Below, piece after piece: positions 1-8,206 of a stretch of DNA of 35,219 nucleotides (within the stretch, counting starts at the first letter, position 1; each line of letters begins with the position of its first letter). The position numbers were made by a program, and so were the translations under genes. This stretch comes from a virus (lineage: Duplodnaviria; Caudoviricetes): the IMG/VR virus record IMGVR_UViG_3300013005_000095, positions 1-35,219 of that record. One strand, given 5' to 3'. The notes under the pieces were generated by a model, which made no database searches, had not been told where the DNA came from, and saw only the letters and a program-made list of their open reading frames with translations.

Positions 1-593
1 GCAGAGTAGTAAACATAGATCGTACCTACGGCGGAATTACAAATGGGCTTGTAACTGCTACAAATTCTAATAGCTATAGCGGTATTACTGCTTCTACATT
101 TGCTGGAACAATTTACAAAATTGGAAAGGCGTCCGGTACCGGAACAGATACATTTAAGATGGATGCCATGTCTTATGGCTCTCTTAGAGAAAAAACAATT
201 GATACCGGCACTGGAACAATTGCATATAATTTAGTGGATAAAGCTGCGGGAGTTTCTGTTGCTACTGCTCCTATAAATTACTCTAGAACTTCTGCAGATG
301 TAGAAGCAGCATTAGCTGGATTAGATTTATCTCTAGGTGCAAATAAAAGAATACCACATAAAGAAACTAAAACTATTACAGCTATAGACATTACAAATGG
401 GTATATAAATTTAACTAGATTAATTATTGCAGAAAGTATGCAAGTTAGTATTTCAGGCACGGTTCAATATGAGGGCGAAGACTATAGTATATCTACTGTA
501 GGCGGAGTCAGCCGTGTTTCTTTTTTGGGAGATTTATCTTCTACTTTAGCTGTAGGGGATAAGTTATATTTTCATTATTGGTCACTTACATAG
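1..593 (+). CDS. 3' part of a virion structural / tail-fibre-like protein (5' end outside window)
   Basis: Frame of ORF 159..593 is open back to position 3, so the gene is truncated by the window edge. G/T/S-rich, beta-strand-like C-terminal domain (…VQYEGEDYSI…LAVGDKLYFHY). Confidence 0.6.
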   Translation, partial: RVVNIDRTYGGITNGLVTATNSNSYSGITASTFAGTIYKIGKASGTGTDTFKMDAMSYGSLREKTIDTGTGTIAYNLVDKAAGVSVATAPINYSRTSADVEAALAGLDLSLGANKRIPHKETKTITAIDITNGYINLTRLIIAESMQVSISGTVQYEGEDYSISTVGGVSRVSFLGDLSSTLAVGDKLYFHYWSLT

Positions 594-606
594 GAGAAAG
601 TAAAGT

Positions 607-654
607 ATGAATTTTAATTCACGTAATTACATTAACAATAGGAAGGAGGCGTAA
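607..654 (+). CDS. possible 15-aa mini-ORF (MNFNSRNYINNRKEA)
   Basis: AGGAG at 592-596, ATG 607, TAA 652-654, next ATG at 657. Not in the ORF track. Confidence 0.3.
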   Translation: MNFNSRNYINNRKEA

Positions 655-656
655 TT

Positions 657-1019
657 ATGCCAAATGGTTGGTCAGCAAAAAATGTAGCCCTAGCGGGCGC
701 TGCAGTATCTGGAACTCAGACAGCTGTAGTAACTCAAGAATTTCCTAACTCGGCAGGTGGTGCTCTCAATGGTATCATCAAATTAAAAGTTAGCGGCCTT
801 ACAGGTACGGTAACTGCCAAGCTACAGACAGCTAATGGAAGTGATTGGGTGGACGTAAAGAGTGCATCCGTGTCCGGAACGGATACATATATTCGTTGGA
901 ACATTGAAGTTTCAGGGGATCAGGCAGTATTGCCTCTACTTAATAAATGTAGAGTACAGCTTATAGCCGCAACTGGAACAGCTACTGTAGTAAGTTGCGA
1001 AGTTCTCGAAGAGTTGTAA
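657..1019 (+). CDS. small beta-rich protein, probably virion-associated
   Basis: 120 aa, strong SD (AAGGAGG) upstream, alternating hydrophobic beta pattern, ends 1 nt before the terminase start. Confidence 0.55.
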   Translation: MPNGWSAKNVALAGAAVSGTQTAVVTQEFPNSAGGALNGIIKLKVSGLTGTVTAKLQTANGSDWVDVKSASVSGTDTYIRWNIEVSGDQAVLPLLNKCRVQLIAATGTATVVSCEVLEEL

Positions 1020-1020
1020 A

Positions 1021-2496
1021 ATGTCGCAGGATAAGCTATTAGCTCTAGCCCTAGAGCGCCTTGAGGCTATTCGCCGCAAGGAAGCTTTCGATCCTGCACA
1101 TCTAGATTCTAGGCCCACGACTTCACAACAGCAGTTCTTCGACGATTTTGGTAAATATAAACAGTACTATTTAAGAGCAGGCAATCAGTCTGGCAAATCT
1201 CAGACAGCGGCTCGCATGCTTACCCAGATCTTATTGGAAGATCACGAGTTGGTTTCAAAAAGAAGAGCACAAGTCGGACAACAAGGGTGGGGCAGTGAGC
1301 CTATACTTGCTATTGTTGCTGGCCGTACCGGAAAGCAGTTGGAAGATTCGCTTCTCCCGAAGATTCGAAGCTACTTAGAGCCGGGCACATATAGAGAAGT
1401 ACGTATGGGTAATGCCATTCAGCGATTAGAGTTAGATAATGGTAACAGAATTGTGTTTCAGTCTCTAGAAAACCCAACCACAGCTAGGGAAAGGCTGCAA
1501 TCTTACGTAGCTCATATTACATGGGTAGACGAATTGCCTCCCACCTTGGATCTTATCCGAGAAGTGCTGGTTCGTACTCAAGCTCGTGACGGATATTCTA
1601 TATTTTCATTTACTCCGCTTACTATAAACGTAGGTATACAAAGGTTTGTAGATTCAATTGAGCCGCCCGAAGGCAAAGTATATAGATTTAAAATGTTGGA
1701 CAATCCTCTGTATTCAGATTCTCAGAGAAGAGAAGAATTGATTAAACGATATGCCCACCTTCCCGAATACCAGCGTAATGCTATTTTCGAGGGAGATTGG
1801 ATGACTGCCGAAGATCAAGTATATCACTTCGATTACGATACAATGGTTCGAATGCCAGAAGGATATAGCACTATGTGGCGTCATTTGGAAGCAGTAGACC
1901 CGGCCATTAGCTCTGCCACGGGGCTTACTATATGGGCAGAAGATCCACAAACTTCTGTCTGGCACTGTATACTAGCAGAATATATCAAAGGAATTCAAGT
2001 ACCTACGGATATTGTTAAGGCCGTACAGTATTATACCTCTAGGGTAAATATAGTTCGCAGAATCTCGGACTATGCCCCATGGTATGTAAATACTGCCTCC
2101 TCTATGGGAGTCAACTATATGACTGTAGATTCTAAAAATGCTAATAGAAAAGAAGAGTTAATTAAAGGACTGCAGCAAGATTTGGGTAACAAGATGATGA
2201 TATCTCCAAATTGTATGAATTTAATTGATGAAATTCAGAATTGCCGCTGGTCAGATAGAGGAATAGGAAAGATAATAAATTCAAGTAGTTATCATTTATT
2301 AGATTCTGCACAGTATGCACGAGATGTATTACCTCCGCCGGAGAAAAAACTCCAATCCTTTACAGTAGATCAGTGGTATGGTAAACTACTAGAAGCTAAC
2401 GAGACTCGAAAGAAGCTCGAAGAAAAGGCGGCTTCTCCAAATTCTCGTAAGTCTCTGAAACCTATGAGAATTAAAAGGGGTTTTCTATGGCGGTAG
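1021..2496 (+). CDS. terL: terminase large subunit
   Basis: 491 aa; Q motif (SQQQF), Walker A AGNQSGKS, Walker B-like ITWVDE, coupling motif FTP, DNP motif, nuclease-domain acidic residues (AVDPA, HLLDS); upstream of portal. Confidence 0.93.
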   Translation: MSQDKLLALALERLEAIRRKEAFDPAHLDSRPTTSQQQFFDDFGKYKQYYLRAGNQSGKSQTAARMLTQILLEDHELVSKRRAQVGQQGWGSEPILAIVAGRTGKQLEDSLLPKIRSYLEPGTYREVRMGNAIQRLELDNGNRIVFQSLENPTTARERLQSYVAHITWVDELPPTLDLIREVLVRTQARDGYSIFSFTPLTINVGIQRFVDSIEPPEGKVYRFKMLDNPLYSDSQRREELIKRYAHLPEYQRNAIFEGDWMTAEDQVYHFDYDTMVRMPEGYSTMWRHLEAVDPAISSATGLTIWAEDPQTSVWHCILAEYIKGIQVPTDIVKAVQYYTSRVNIVRRISDYAPWYVNTASSMGVNYMTVDSKNANRKEELIKGLQQDLGNKMMISPNCMNLIDEIQNCRWSDRGIGKIINSSSYHLLDSAQYARDVLPPPEKKLQSFTVDQWYGKLLEANETRKKLEEKAASPNSRKSLKPMRIKRGFLWR

Positions 2497-2618
2497 CATG
2501 GATTTATTTATTTACTATATTAATGCCAGTAAATTTTTTAATTACTTACAGAGCCATACAAGAACGAAAGAAAAATAAAAAGATTCTCCTCGCCCTTTGG
2601 CGATATACAAAGAGGTGA
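2487..2618 (+). CDS. 43-aa single-pass membrane protein (MAVAWIYLFTILMPVNFLITYRAIQERKKNKKILLALWRYTKR)
   Basis: Own translation; fills the gap between terL and the 91-aa ORF, purine-rich AAAAGGGG upstream, hydrophobic N-terminus followed by a basic cluster. Confidence 0.6.
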   Translation: MAVAWIYLFTILMPVNFLITYRAIQERKKNKKILLALWRYTKR

Positions 2619-2621
2619 TCT

Positions 2622-2897
2622 ATGAAAATAAAGGTAATGCTAGACCTAGACACTCCTTCTTCTGAAAAAACTAAGCAAGCGGTTGCAAACGAGGAGCCTT
2701 CGGTAGAGGAACAAGTTCGACAAGCTATAGAAATGATTGACTCCGGACACGATTCCTATGTAGAATGGAAGTTGCTAAATAAACTAGCCAAGGAACTAAG
2801 GCTACGTAAGGATGCTAGGAGCAAGAATCTAATGGAAATAATTGATCCCGTGCTACAGAAATATGGCATGCATGGGGTTTCCGAGGAGAGTGATTAA
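2622..2897 (+). CDS. hypothetical protein (91 aa, helical)
   Basis: SD GAGGTG upstream; stop overlaps the portal start (TAATG). Confidence 0.7.
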   Translation: MKIKVMLDLDTPSSEKTKQAVANEEPSVEEQVRQAIEMIDSGHDSYVEWKLLNKLAKELRLRKDARSKNLMEIIDPVLQKYGMHGVSEESD

Positions 2898-4885
2898 TGG
2901 CTCTGAAGATAAGCATCTGGAATGACGACAAGGCTCGGGCTGAAATCCTTAAACGGTGGAACAATGCCGTTAGGGATCGTTCAGTCCATGAAGCTATTTG
3001 GCGTCAGAATGAGCGCACTATTTATTCTTCTTTAGGTACTCGTAATTCTCTATCTACGAATATGACGTTAGATTTCCCGCTTACAGAAGTCTTATCTAAT
3101 ATCGACCAATCAAATGCAGACGTATCAACAAGCTATGTAATGAAGAATCTACGTTTCATTCATGCACAAATGTCTTCTAACCCGCCAATGATTGCTGTTC
3201 GTCCACAGACTTCCGATCAAGATGACCAACGTAAAGCAGATGCGGCGGATCGTATTGTTCGCTGGGCACTACGTAAATATCAACTTCAGGAAAAGTTTGA
3301 CCAAGTAAATTTGATGTCCCTAGTCTACGGGACTGGGCTTATTAAAACTATTTGGGATTCATCGAAGGGTGATATTGTAGAAGCTAATCTGGAAACAGGA
3401 GAGCTTACATTGGAAGGAGATATAGATATTACTATTCCTTCCACATGGAATGTATTTATAGATCCAGATGCCCGCAGTTGGGACGACGTTAAGTGGGTTA
3501 TTGAGCGTATTTATATTGATTACGAAGAAGCTATATCTAGGTGGCCCGAGAAACGAGATGAATTAGACCAAGCTCGTGTACAGGAAAAGACTCCAACTTC
3601 TACAGGAATGCAAACCGAGTTGCGAGACATGCATTACAATTCTGTAGAGCTATTAGAGTACTGGGAAACCGGTCTACCGACAAACGGATATCTAGGCCGT
3701 TATTGTATTACTACAGTTTCTGGAGAGATTATTGAATCCCCACGTCCAAGCCCGTTTAGATTTAGGCGTCAGGGAGCTGCATCTAAAATAGAGATGTCAG
3801 ATCTTCCAGAGGAAGTAAAACAAACTAAAATTGAAAAGCTACCAGAACAAGCAAGTCTTCCATATCACTTTATTACTGATCTAGATGTACCTAATACTTT
3901 GTGGGGCAAGTCTGCAGTTGAATATGCAATGACTTTGCAAAACAATTTAAATCGCCTTGATGCTACACGACTTGATAATATTCAAGCTCACGGCGCAGCT
4001 CGTATGATTCTGCCGGAGTCTGCAGAAATTTCAGAAGACGCACTGGGTAACAGTCCGTGGGATATTGTAAAGATTACAGGAAATCAGCCTCCATACTTTA
4101 TGTCAGCTCCACAACTACTTCCGGAGCTATCTAGCGAGCGAGTTAATTATATTCAGGGCATCAATGATGTCATGGGCGTAAATGAATCCATGTTTGGTCA
4201 GCAATCTCGTGAGCAATCCGGTGCATCCATGCAATATGCTACCAATCAAGGTAACATGATTCGTCATCGTCTGTTTAATAAATATGTAGCCTGTGTAGAA
4301 TCTGTATATAAAGCCCTACTTAATCTTGTACGTAAGCATTGGTCTATTGGCCGCACTATTCACGTACTAGGTAAGGAGCAAGCTCTGGAAGCTACGGATG
4401 TTAAGGGTATGGATATTGACGGAGGCTTTGATGTAGTAGGCGAGTATGGTACTACATTGTCTCTTGATCCAATTACTCGTCAACAACAAATCATTACACT
4501 ACAGCCTCTCTTTGAAAAAGCAGGGGTAGATAGTCGAGTACTTCTTAAGAAGCTACGACTTAATGATCTCGAAGGTATCTTTGACGCTTTCGAACTGGCT
4601 GGACATAGACAGAAAGAAATCTTCGACGAAATGATTGCAACGGGAATCTATATTGCTCCCGAAGAACAAATGGATCATGAAAATATGATTGCATGGTCTC
4701 TTCGTTATTTTATGACACAGGAATTTACAGCCTTGCCCGCAGAAACTAAGGCATTACTCAAACAGCACAATAAGGACAGGGCAGCATTAGCAGCTCAAGA
4801 AAAATCTTCTGGAGCAGCTCCTGCGGCAGAAGAAGTACCTCCCGGAGCCCCAGCACCTGCACCAATTCCCGGACAACCAGTATAA
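2897..4885 (+). CDS. portal protein
   Basis: 662 aa, follows terL; podovirus-portal-like segments (VYGTGLIKTIWD, WNVFIDPDAR, LWGKSAVE, VMGVNESMFGQ, SGASMQ) and Pro/Ala-rich C-terminal tail. Confidence 0.88.
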   Translation: MALKISIWNDDKARAEILKRWNNAVRDRSVHEAIWRQNERTIYSSLGTRNSLSTNMTLDFPLTEVLSNIDQSNADVSTSYVMKNLRFIHAQMSSNPPMIAVRPQTSDQDDQRKADAADRIVRWALRKYQLQEKFDQVNLMSLVYGTGLIKTIWDSSKGDIVEANLETGELTLEGDIDITIPSTWNVFIDPDARSWDDVKWVIERIYIDYEEAISRWPEKRDELDQARVQEKTPTSTGMQTELRDMHYNSVELLEYWETGLPTNGYLGRYCITTVSGEIIESPRPSPFRFRRQGAASKIEMSDLPEEVKQTKIEKLPEQASLPYHFITDLDVPNTLWGKSAVEYAMTLQNNLNRLDATRLDNIQAHGAARMILPESAEISEDALGNSPWDIVKITGNQPPYFMSAPQLLPELSSERVNYIQGINDVMGVNESMFGQQSREQSGASMQYATNQGNMIRHRLFNKYVACVESVYKALLNLVRKHWSIGRTIHVLGKEQALEATDVKGMDIDGGFDVVGEYGTTLSLDPITRQQQIITLQPLFEKAGVDSRVLLKKLRLNDLEGIFDAFELAGHRQKEIFDEMIATGIYIAPEEQMDHENMIAWSLRYFMTQEFTALPAETKALLKQHNKDRAALAAQEKSSGAAPAAEEVPPGAPAPAPIPGQPV

Positions 4886-5265
4886 TGATATCTCGTGATG
4901 AAATCCTAATGGGCCGAGATAAGCAAGCTCCTCTTACTGGGCCAATGGAAGTAAATCTAGAAAAGCTCCTGAAGGCTATAAATAAGTTTAGGGCCGTATG
5001 GGGTAAGCCCATGAAGGTAACTTCGGGCTACCGTCCCGCAGCCATTAACGCTACCGTTAAGGGAGCAGCTAAAAAATCCAATCATATGGAATGTTTAGCT
5101 GTTGACTTTGCAGATCGTGACGGAAAACTGGCGGAATACTGTCTTAACAATTTAAAATTATTAGAAGAATTTGGCATTTGGATAGAAGATCCTGCCCATA
5201 CAAAAGGTTGGGTGCATATGCAGGTAGTCCCTCCTAGATCCGGTAATAGGGTGTTTAAGCCTTAA
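4885..5265 (+). CDS. endolysin, peptidase M15 (Zn peptidase) family
   Basis: Motifs VTSGYR, SNH-x4-AVD (H…D Zn ligands) and GWVH; 126 aa; TAATG coupling to portal. Confidence 0.85.
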   Translation: MISRDEILMGRDKQAPLTGPMEVNLEKLLKAINKFRAVWGKPMKVTSGYRPAAINATVKGAAKKSNHMECLAVDFADRDGKLAEYCLNNLKLLEEFGIWIEDPAHTKGWVHMQVVPPRSGNRVFKP

Positions 5266-5288
5266 CTAGCGGCTCTCCGGGGAAGACC
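5265..5288. repeat. 24-bp element, copy 1; inverted copy at 22048-22071
   Basis: Reverse complement GGTCTTCCCCGGAGAgccGCTAGT vs GGTCTTCCCCGGAGAaatGCTAGT: 21/24 identical with a 15-bp perfect core. Confidence 0.8.
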
Positions 5289-5317
5289 TTGACTTTTTTG
5301 TTTACATACTGTATAAC
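5289..5317 (+). promoter_or_regulatory. sigma70-like promoter P1 upstream of scaffold/capsid genes
   Basis: TTGACT (5289-5294), 17 bp, TATAAC (5312-5317). Confidence 0.7.
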
Positions 5318-5320
5318 GTA

Positions 5321-5349
5321 TTGACAGGCGACATAAGTACGTGTACTCT
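5321..5349 (+). promoter_or_regulatory. sigma70-like promoter P2 (tandem with P1)
   Basis: TTGACA (5321-5326), 17 bp, TACTCT (5344-5349); palindrome AGTAC-gt-GTACT (5336-5347) overlaps spacer and -10. Confidence 0.6.
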
Positions 5350-5350
5350 A

Positions 5351-5426
5351 TAGATAAGTTTTCGGATTGTCCGGAAATGGAACATCTAATGGCCTATCCC
5401 TATCCAATGTGACGGGACGGCAGGAG
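5351..5426 (+). promoter_or_regulatory. structured 5' leader of scaffold gene
   Basis: Stem TTTTCGGA (5359-5366)/TCCGGAAA (5370-5377) closed by TAGAT/ATCTA; second stem GCC..TCCC/GGGA.GGC (5392-5421) ending directly before SD AGGAG (5422-5426). Confidence 0.5.
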
Positions 5427-5434
5427 AAAGTATA

Positions 5435-6559
5435 ATGAGTACGGGTAATTCGGGCGCTCAACAGGGTAACAAATTTGCGGATGCTTTCGGGGATACGCAA
5501 TTGGTTGCCGACTTCGGAACACTAAGCAATGCGTCAGAGGACGATGACATTGTAGTTCGGGCCGAAGAATCTACGCAGGACGGAATTGAATTGGAAGGAG
5601 AAGGTGGAGACACCCTTCAGGACTCCAAGGAGACAGTTACAGCTGGTAAGGCTACCAGTAAAGCTGAGGCCACTCCGGGGACATCTGGTGAGAAGGAAGT
5701 AATCACTGTAACAGACGAAACAGGACGTAAGCGTAAAGTAGAAATTGACTACTCTAACCGTGAGCAAATCAAGAAGATGGCTGCTGCGGCTGCGGGTATG
5801 AGAAAGTTCCAAGCAGAACGTGATCGTGAGATCTCTTCTCGTAAAGAACTGGAAGCCAAGCTAAAGGAACGTGAATCAGATTGGGCTAAATTAGAAGATG
5901 CGTTTTCTAAGGGCCATGAGCATTTGATTGATACCTTAAGCGGACGGCAGGGTGCATGGCAGGAGCTAATCAGTAAGGAAATTGAGAAGCGTGAATTCCT
6001 GAAAAATGCTACCCCAGAAGAACTCCAAGCTATTAAGGCACAGGAGCAGGCTGATCTAACACGCAAAGAACTTGATAAAATCCGTAAGGAAAATGAAGAG
6101 TTTAAGGCGAAGGTTCAGCAGGAAAGAGAGGAAGCCGAGCTTCGCTCGATGGAATCTCGAGTACATCCAGTCTTTGAGAAATATCGTTTTGCCGATCGTC
6201 TAGGCAGTGCACAGGATGAGCACCTATTCGACGAAATGCTGTGGAACAGCAGCTTGAAAAGATTGGAACAATATGAGGAGAAAGGGTTGGAACTCTCTCC
6301 GGAATTGATTGACCGTGAATTTAGAACCGTTGCTACCGCATTACGTAATCGTATCGGAGTACAGGCTCAGAAGAAGGCCAGTCAAGTAGTTGCACAGAAA
6401 AAGCAGGAAGCTATTGAAAATGTGCAGTCCAAAGTTAAGTCTAGTTCAGCTTCAAGCAGTGATGCAGAGAAACTGAAAAAGGCCATCGAGTCCGGCGATA
6501 CCGGAAGTATTTTCAAAAATTGGTCCACTTTCAGTAAAGTATTAAGTGGCAAAAGATAA
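5435..6559 (+). CDS. capsid scaffolding protein
   Basis: 374 aa, acidic low-complexity N-terminus then long charged coiled-coil; directly upstream of the capsid gene; strong SD. Confidence 0.8.
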   Translation: MSTGNSGAQQGNKFADAFGDTQLVADFGTLSNASEDDDIVVRAEESTQDGIELEGEGGDTLQDSKETVTAGKATSKAEATPGTSGEKEVITVTDETGRKRKVEIDYSNREQIKKMAAAAAGMRKFQAERDREISSRKELEAKLKERESDWAKLEDAFSKGHEHLIDTLSGRQGAWQELISKEIEKREFLKNATPEELQAIKAQEQADLTRKELDKIRKENEEFKAKVQQEREEAELRSMESRVHPVFEKYRFADRLGSAQDEHLFDEMLWNSSLKRLEQYEEKGLELSPELIDREFRTVATALRNRIGVQAQKKASQVVAQKKQEAIENVQSKVKSSSASSSDAEKLKKAIESGDTGSIFKNWSTFSKVLSGKR

Positions 6560-6581
6560 TCTAATAGAAAGGATTAAATAA

Positions 6582-7940
6582 ATGAGTTTTAGTAATATTG
6601 ACATTCCAGCACTCGGTAATTTGCTCCAGATCAAATTCTCTGATGGTATCAGAAATCAGATCTCAAAAGATTTCCGTGACTGGGAAATGGTTCTTAAGGC
6701 AAAAGTATCCAACTCGGCAGCTCGTGAACTTCGCTTCATGCTGTTGACAGCGTTTGGTGTTGATGCAATCAACTATGCAAATCCGGGTACAATTGACTCT
6801 ACATTCCCATCGGCTGATCGTTCCAGCCTACAAGAGTATACAGCTAAGTTTAAAGAGATTCGTGCTACTATCGAAGTACAATACGACCTCTTCGAACGTG
6901 CTATCATGTCTCCAGAGAAGTATGGTGAGCCAATCAAAGTTGAGATGGACTCGAAGCTTTCAGCTTCCAAGCGTCGTCTCGCTGCAGACTTCCATGCTGA
7001 CGGTACTGGCGTCCTCGGTACAGTAGCTTCGTCTACTCTTACCAGCCCATGTGCAGTTACTTTGGATGCCTCTGACTCTGCTCGTGGCCATGTAGGTCTA
7101 TTCGAGTATGGCCAGAAAGTAGTGCCTAAAACTGCAGCTGGCGGAGCTTCTGCTGCTACTGCTGTTACTGGTACTTTCTCTCACTTTGTAGTTGTTCAGA
7201 AAGATCGTGACAATCAGATTCTTACTCTTCAAGCTGTCAACACTGCAGGCGCTAATACCGCTCTAAGTGCAGGTCCAGCGGCTACTGAAGTATTGTACCG
7301 TAAGGCACAAACAGATGCAGGCGACGTTCCTAACCTAAGCTCTATCTCTGACTACGGTACAGCTACACAAGTTATGGCAGGTTTGCCATCTCTAGTTGCT
7401 GCTGACGGTCGTACAGTTCATGGCATGACCATGAGCGGCGCAATCGCAAGCTCCGAGTTTGATGCAGGCGGAAACCCAATTGACGTTCGTCACATTCAAC
7501 GTGCAATGAGTCAAGTAAAAGTCAAAGTTGGTCAGGATCAGTACAGCTGGAAAATGATGGTACAAGCTCCTGAGACTCTCGACTCCTTGATCGAAAGCCG
7601 TGAAACTGATCGTCGCTTTATGTCTATGGAAGACGGCGCTCGTGGTACGAAGAAATTCGTATACCAGCACCAGAACGATTCTCTCGAGTGCTATACTTCC
7701 GAGTATTGCCAACCTAAGAGAATCTACATTCTTCCAGAATCTAAAGCTGGTCAGAAGGTTCTCGAGTTCCACGGATCCGACTTTAAGACAGTCAAGGCTC
7801 CGGGCGGCGGCGACTTCCACCTTAAGCCAAGTGCTTCTGGTTTCGTAGCAACCGTTGTAAGTTACATGCAAGCTATCGGCGTAGTTATCTGTAAGCACCC
7901 AGCTTCGGTTGCGGTTATCAGAAACTTCTCCAACAGCTAA
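6582..7940 (+). CDS. major capsid protein
   Basis: 452 aa after scaffold; codon pattern suggesting high expression (many GCT/ACT/CGT/GGT/AAC/TTC); capsid-like segments (EIRATIEVQYDLFERA, RRLAADFHADGTG, C-terminal CKHPASVAVIRN). Confidence 0.85.
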   Translation: MSFSNIDIPALGNLLQIKFSDGIRNQISKDFRDWEMVLKAKVSNSAARELRFMLLTAFGVDAINYANPGTIDSTFPSADRSSLQEYTAKFKEIRATIEVQYDLFERAIMSPEKYGEPIKVEMDSKLSASKRRLAADFHADGTGVLGTVASSTLTSPCAVTLDASDSARGHVGLFEYGQKVVPKTAAGGASAATAVTGTFSHFVVVQKDRDNQILTLQAVNTAGANTALSAGPAATEVLYRKAQTDAGDVPNLSSISDYGTATQVMAGLPSLVAADGRTVHGMTMSGAIASSEFDAGGNPIDVRHIQRAMSQVKVKVGQDQYSWKMMVQAPETLDSLIESRETDRRFMSMEDGARGTKKFVYQHQNDSLECYTSEYCQPKRIYILPESKAGQKVLEFHGSDFKTVKAPGGGDFHLKPSASGFVATVVSYMQAIGVVICKHPASVAVIRNFSNS

Positions 7941-8200
7941 TCTCCCCGCCTAGTCTTCCTATCGTCCCTGCTCCCACAGGGACAGGTGGATTCACAAGAG
8001 GGCTCCCGACACCTTGGGAGAGGCAAGTCTACGACGTAATAGCCTGAGTGCAGAGTGGTGTGACCCGGGGGGAGAGACCCCCACCAATCTAGTCACCTGA
8101 GTTATGTGGTGAGTTCGGGGCAGGCTTGCCCCACCAATTAACCTGAGGGCTAGTCACCCCTTGCTCGAAAGAGATAGATGACTTACTAATCGAAAGGAAA
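7941..8200 (+). ncRNA. candidate structured non-coding RNA / cis-element with two tandem units ending in hairpin-ACCA
   Basis: GC-rich intergenic region with no long ORF. Stems GTCCCTG/CAGGGAC (7964-7983), CTCCCGA/TTGGGAG (8003-8020), GGGGG/CCCCC (8067-8082), TCACC/GGTGA (8093-8112), GGGGCA/TGCCCC (8117-8132), AGTCA/TGACT (8152-8183) enclosing CTC-GAAA-GAG. Confidence 0.65.
8043..8147 (+). repeat. ~50-nt imperfect tandem repeat: CCTGAGT..GTGGTG..CGGGG-N8-CCCCACCAAT
   Basis: CCTGAG at 8043, 8096, 8142; GTGGTG at 8055, 8106; CGGGG at 8066, 8116; CCCCACCAAT at 8079, 8129. Confidence 0.75.
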
Positions 8201-8206
8201 TAAATT

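Noticed and set aside
5309-5327. LexA box (CTGT…ACAG) in the promoter region
   Set aside because: Spacing is 11 nt rather than the 8 nt of the E. coli-type SOS box.
7392-7898. 168-aa antisense ORF in the capsid gene, and similar antisense ORFs in other structural genes
   Set aside because: Shadow ORFs from sense-strand codon bias; no SD or protein motif.
1021-7940. Introns or inteins in terminase, portal or capsid genes
   Set aside because: All are uninterrupted and of ordinary length, with no intein splice motifs or homing endonuclease.
8043-8138. tRNA or tmRNA genes (CCA ends)
   Set aside because: No D arm, anticodon arm or TTCRA T-loop; the hairpin is directly followed by ACCA; no G3:U70 and no tag ORF.
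8043-8147. CRISPR or TIGR-type guide array
   Set aside because: Only two full units, degenerate repeats, no fixed-length spacers and no Cas or Nop-domain gene recognised in the window.
8142-8197. Hammerhead ribozyme (CTGA…CGAAA)
   Set aside because: Core reads CTGAGGG rather than CUGANGA, and I could not build stems I and III with a cleavage triplet.
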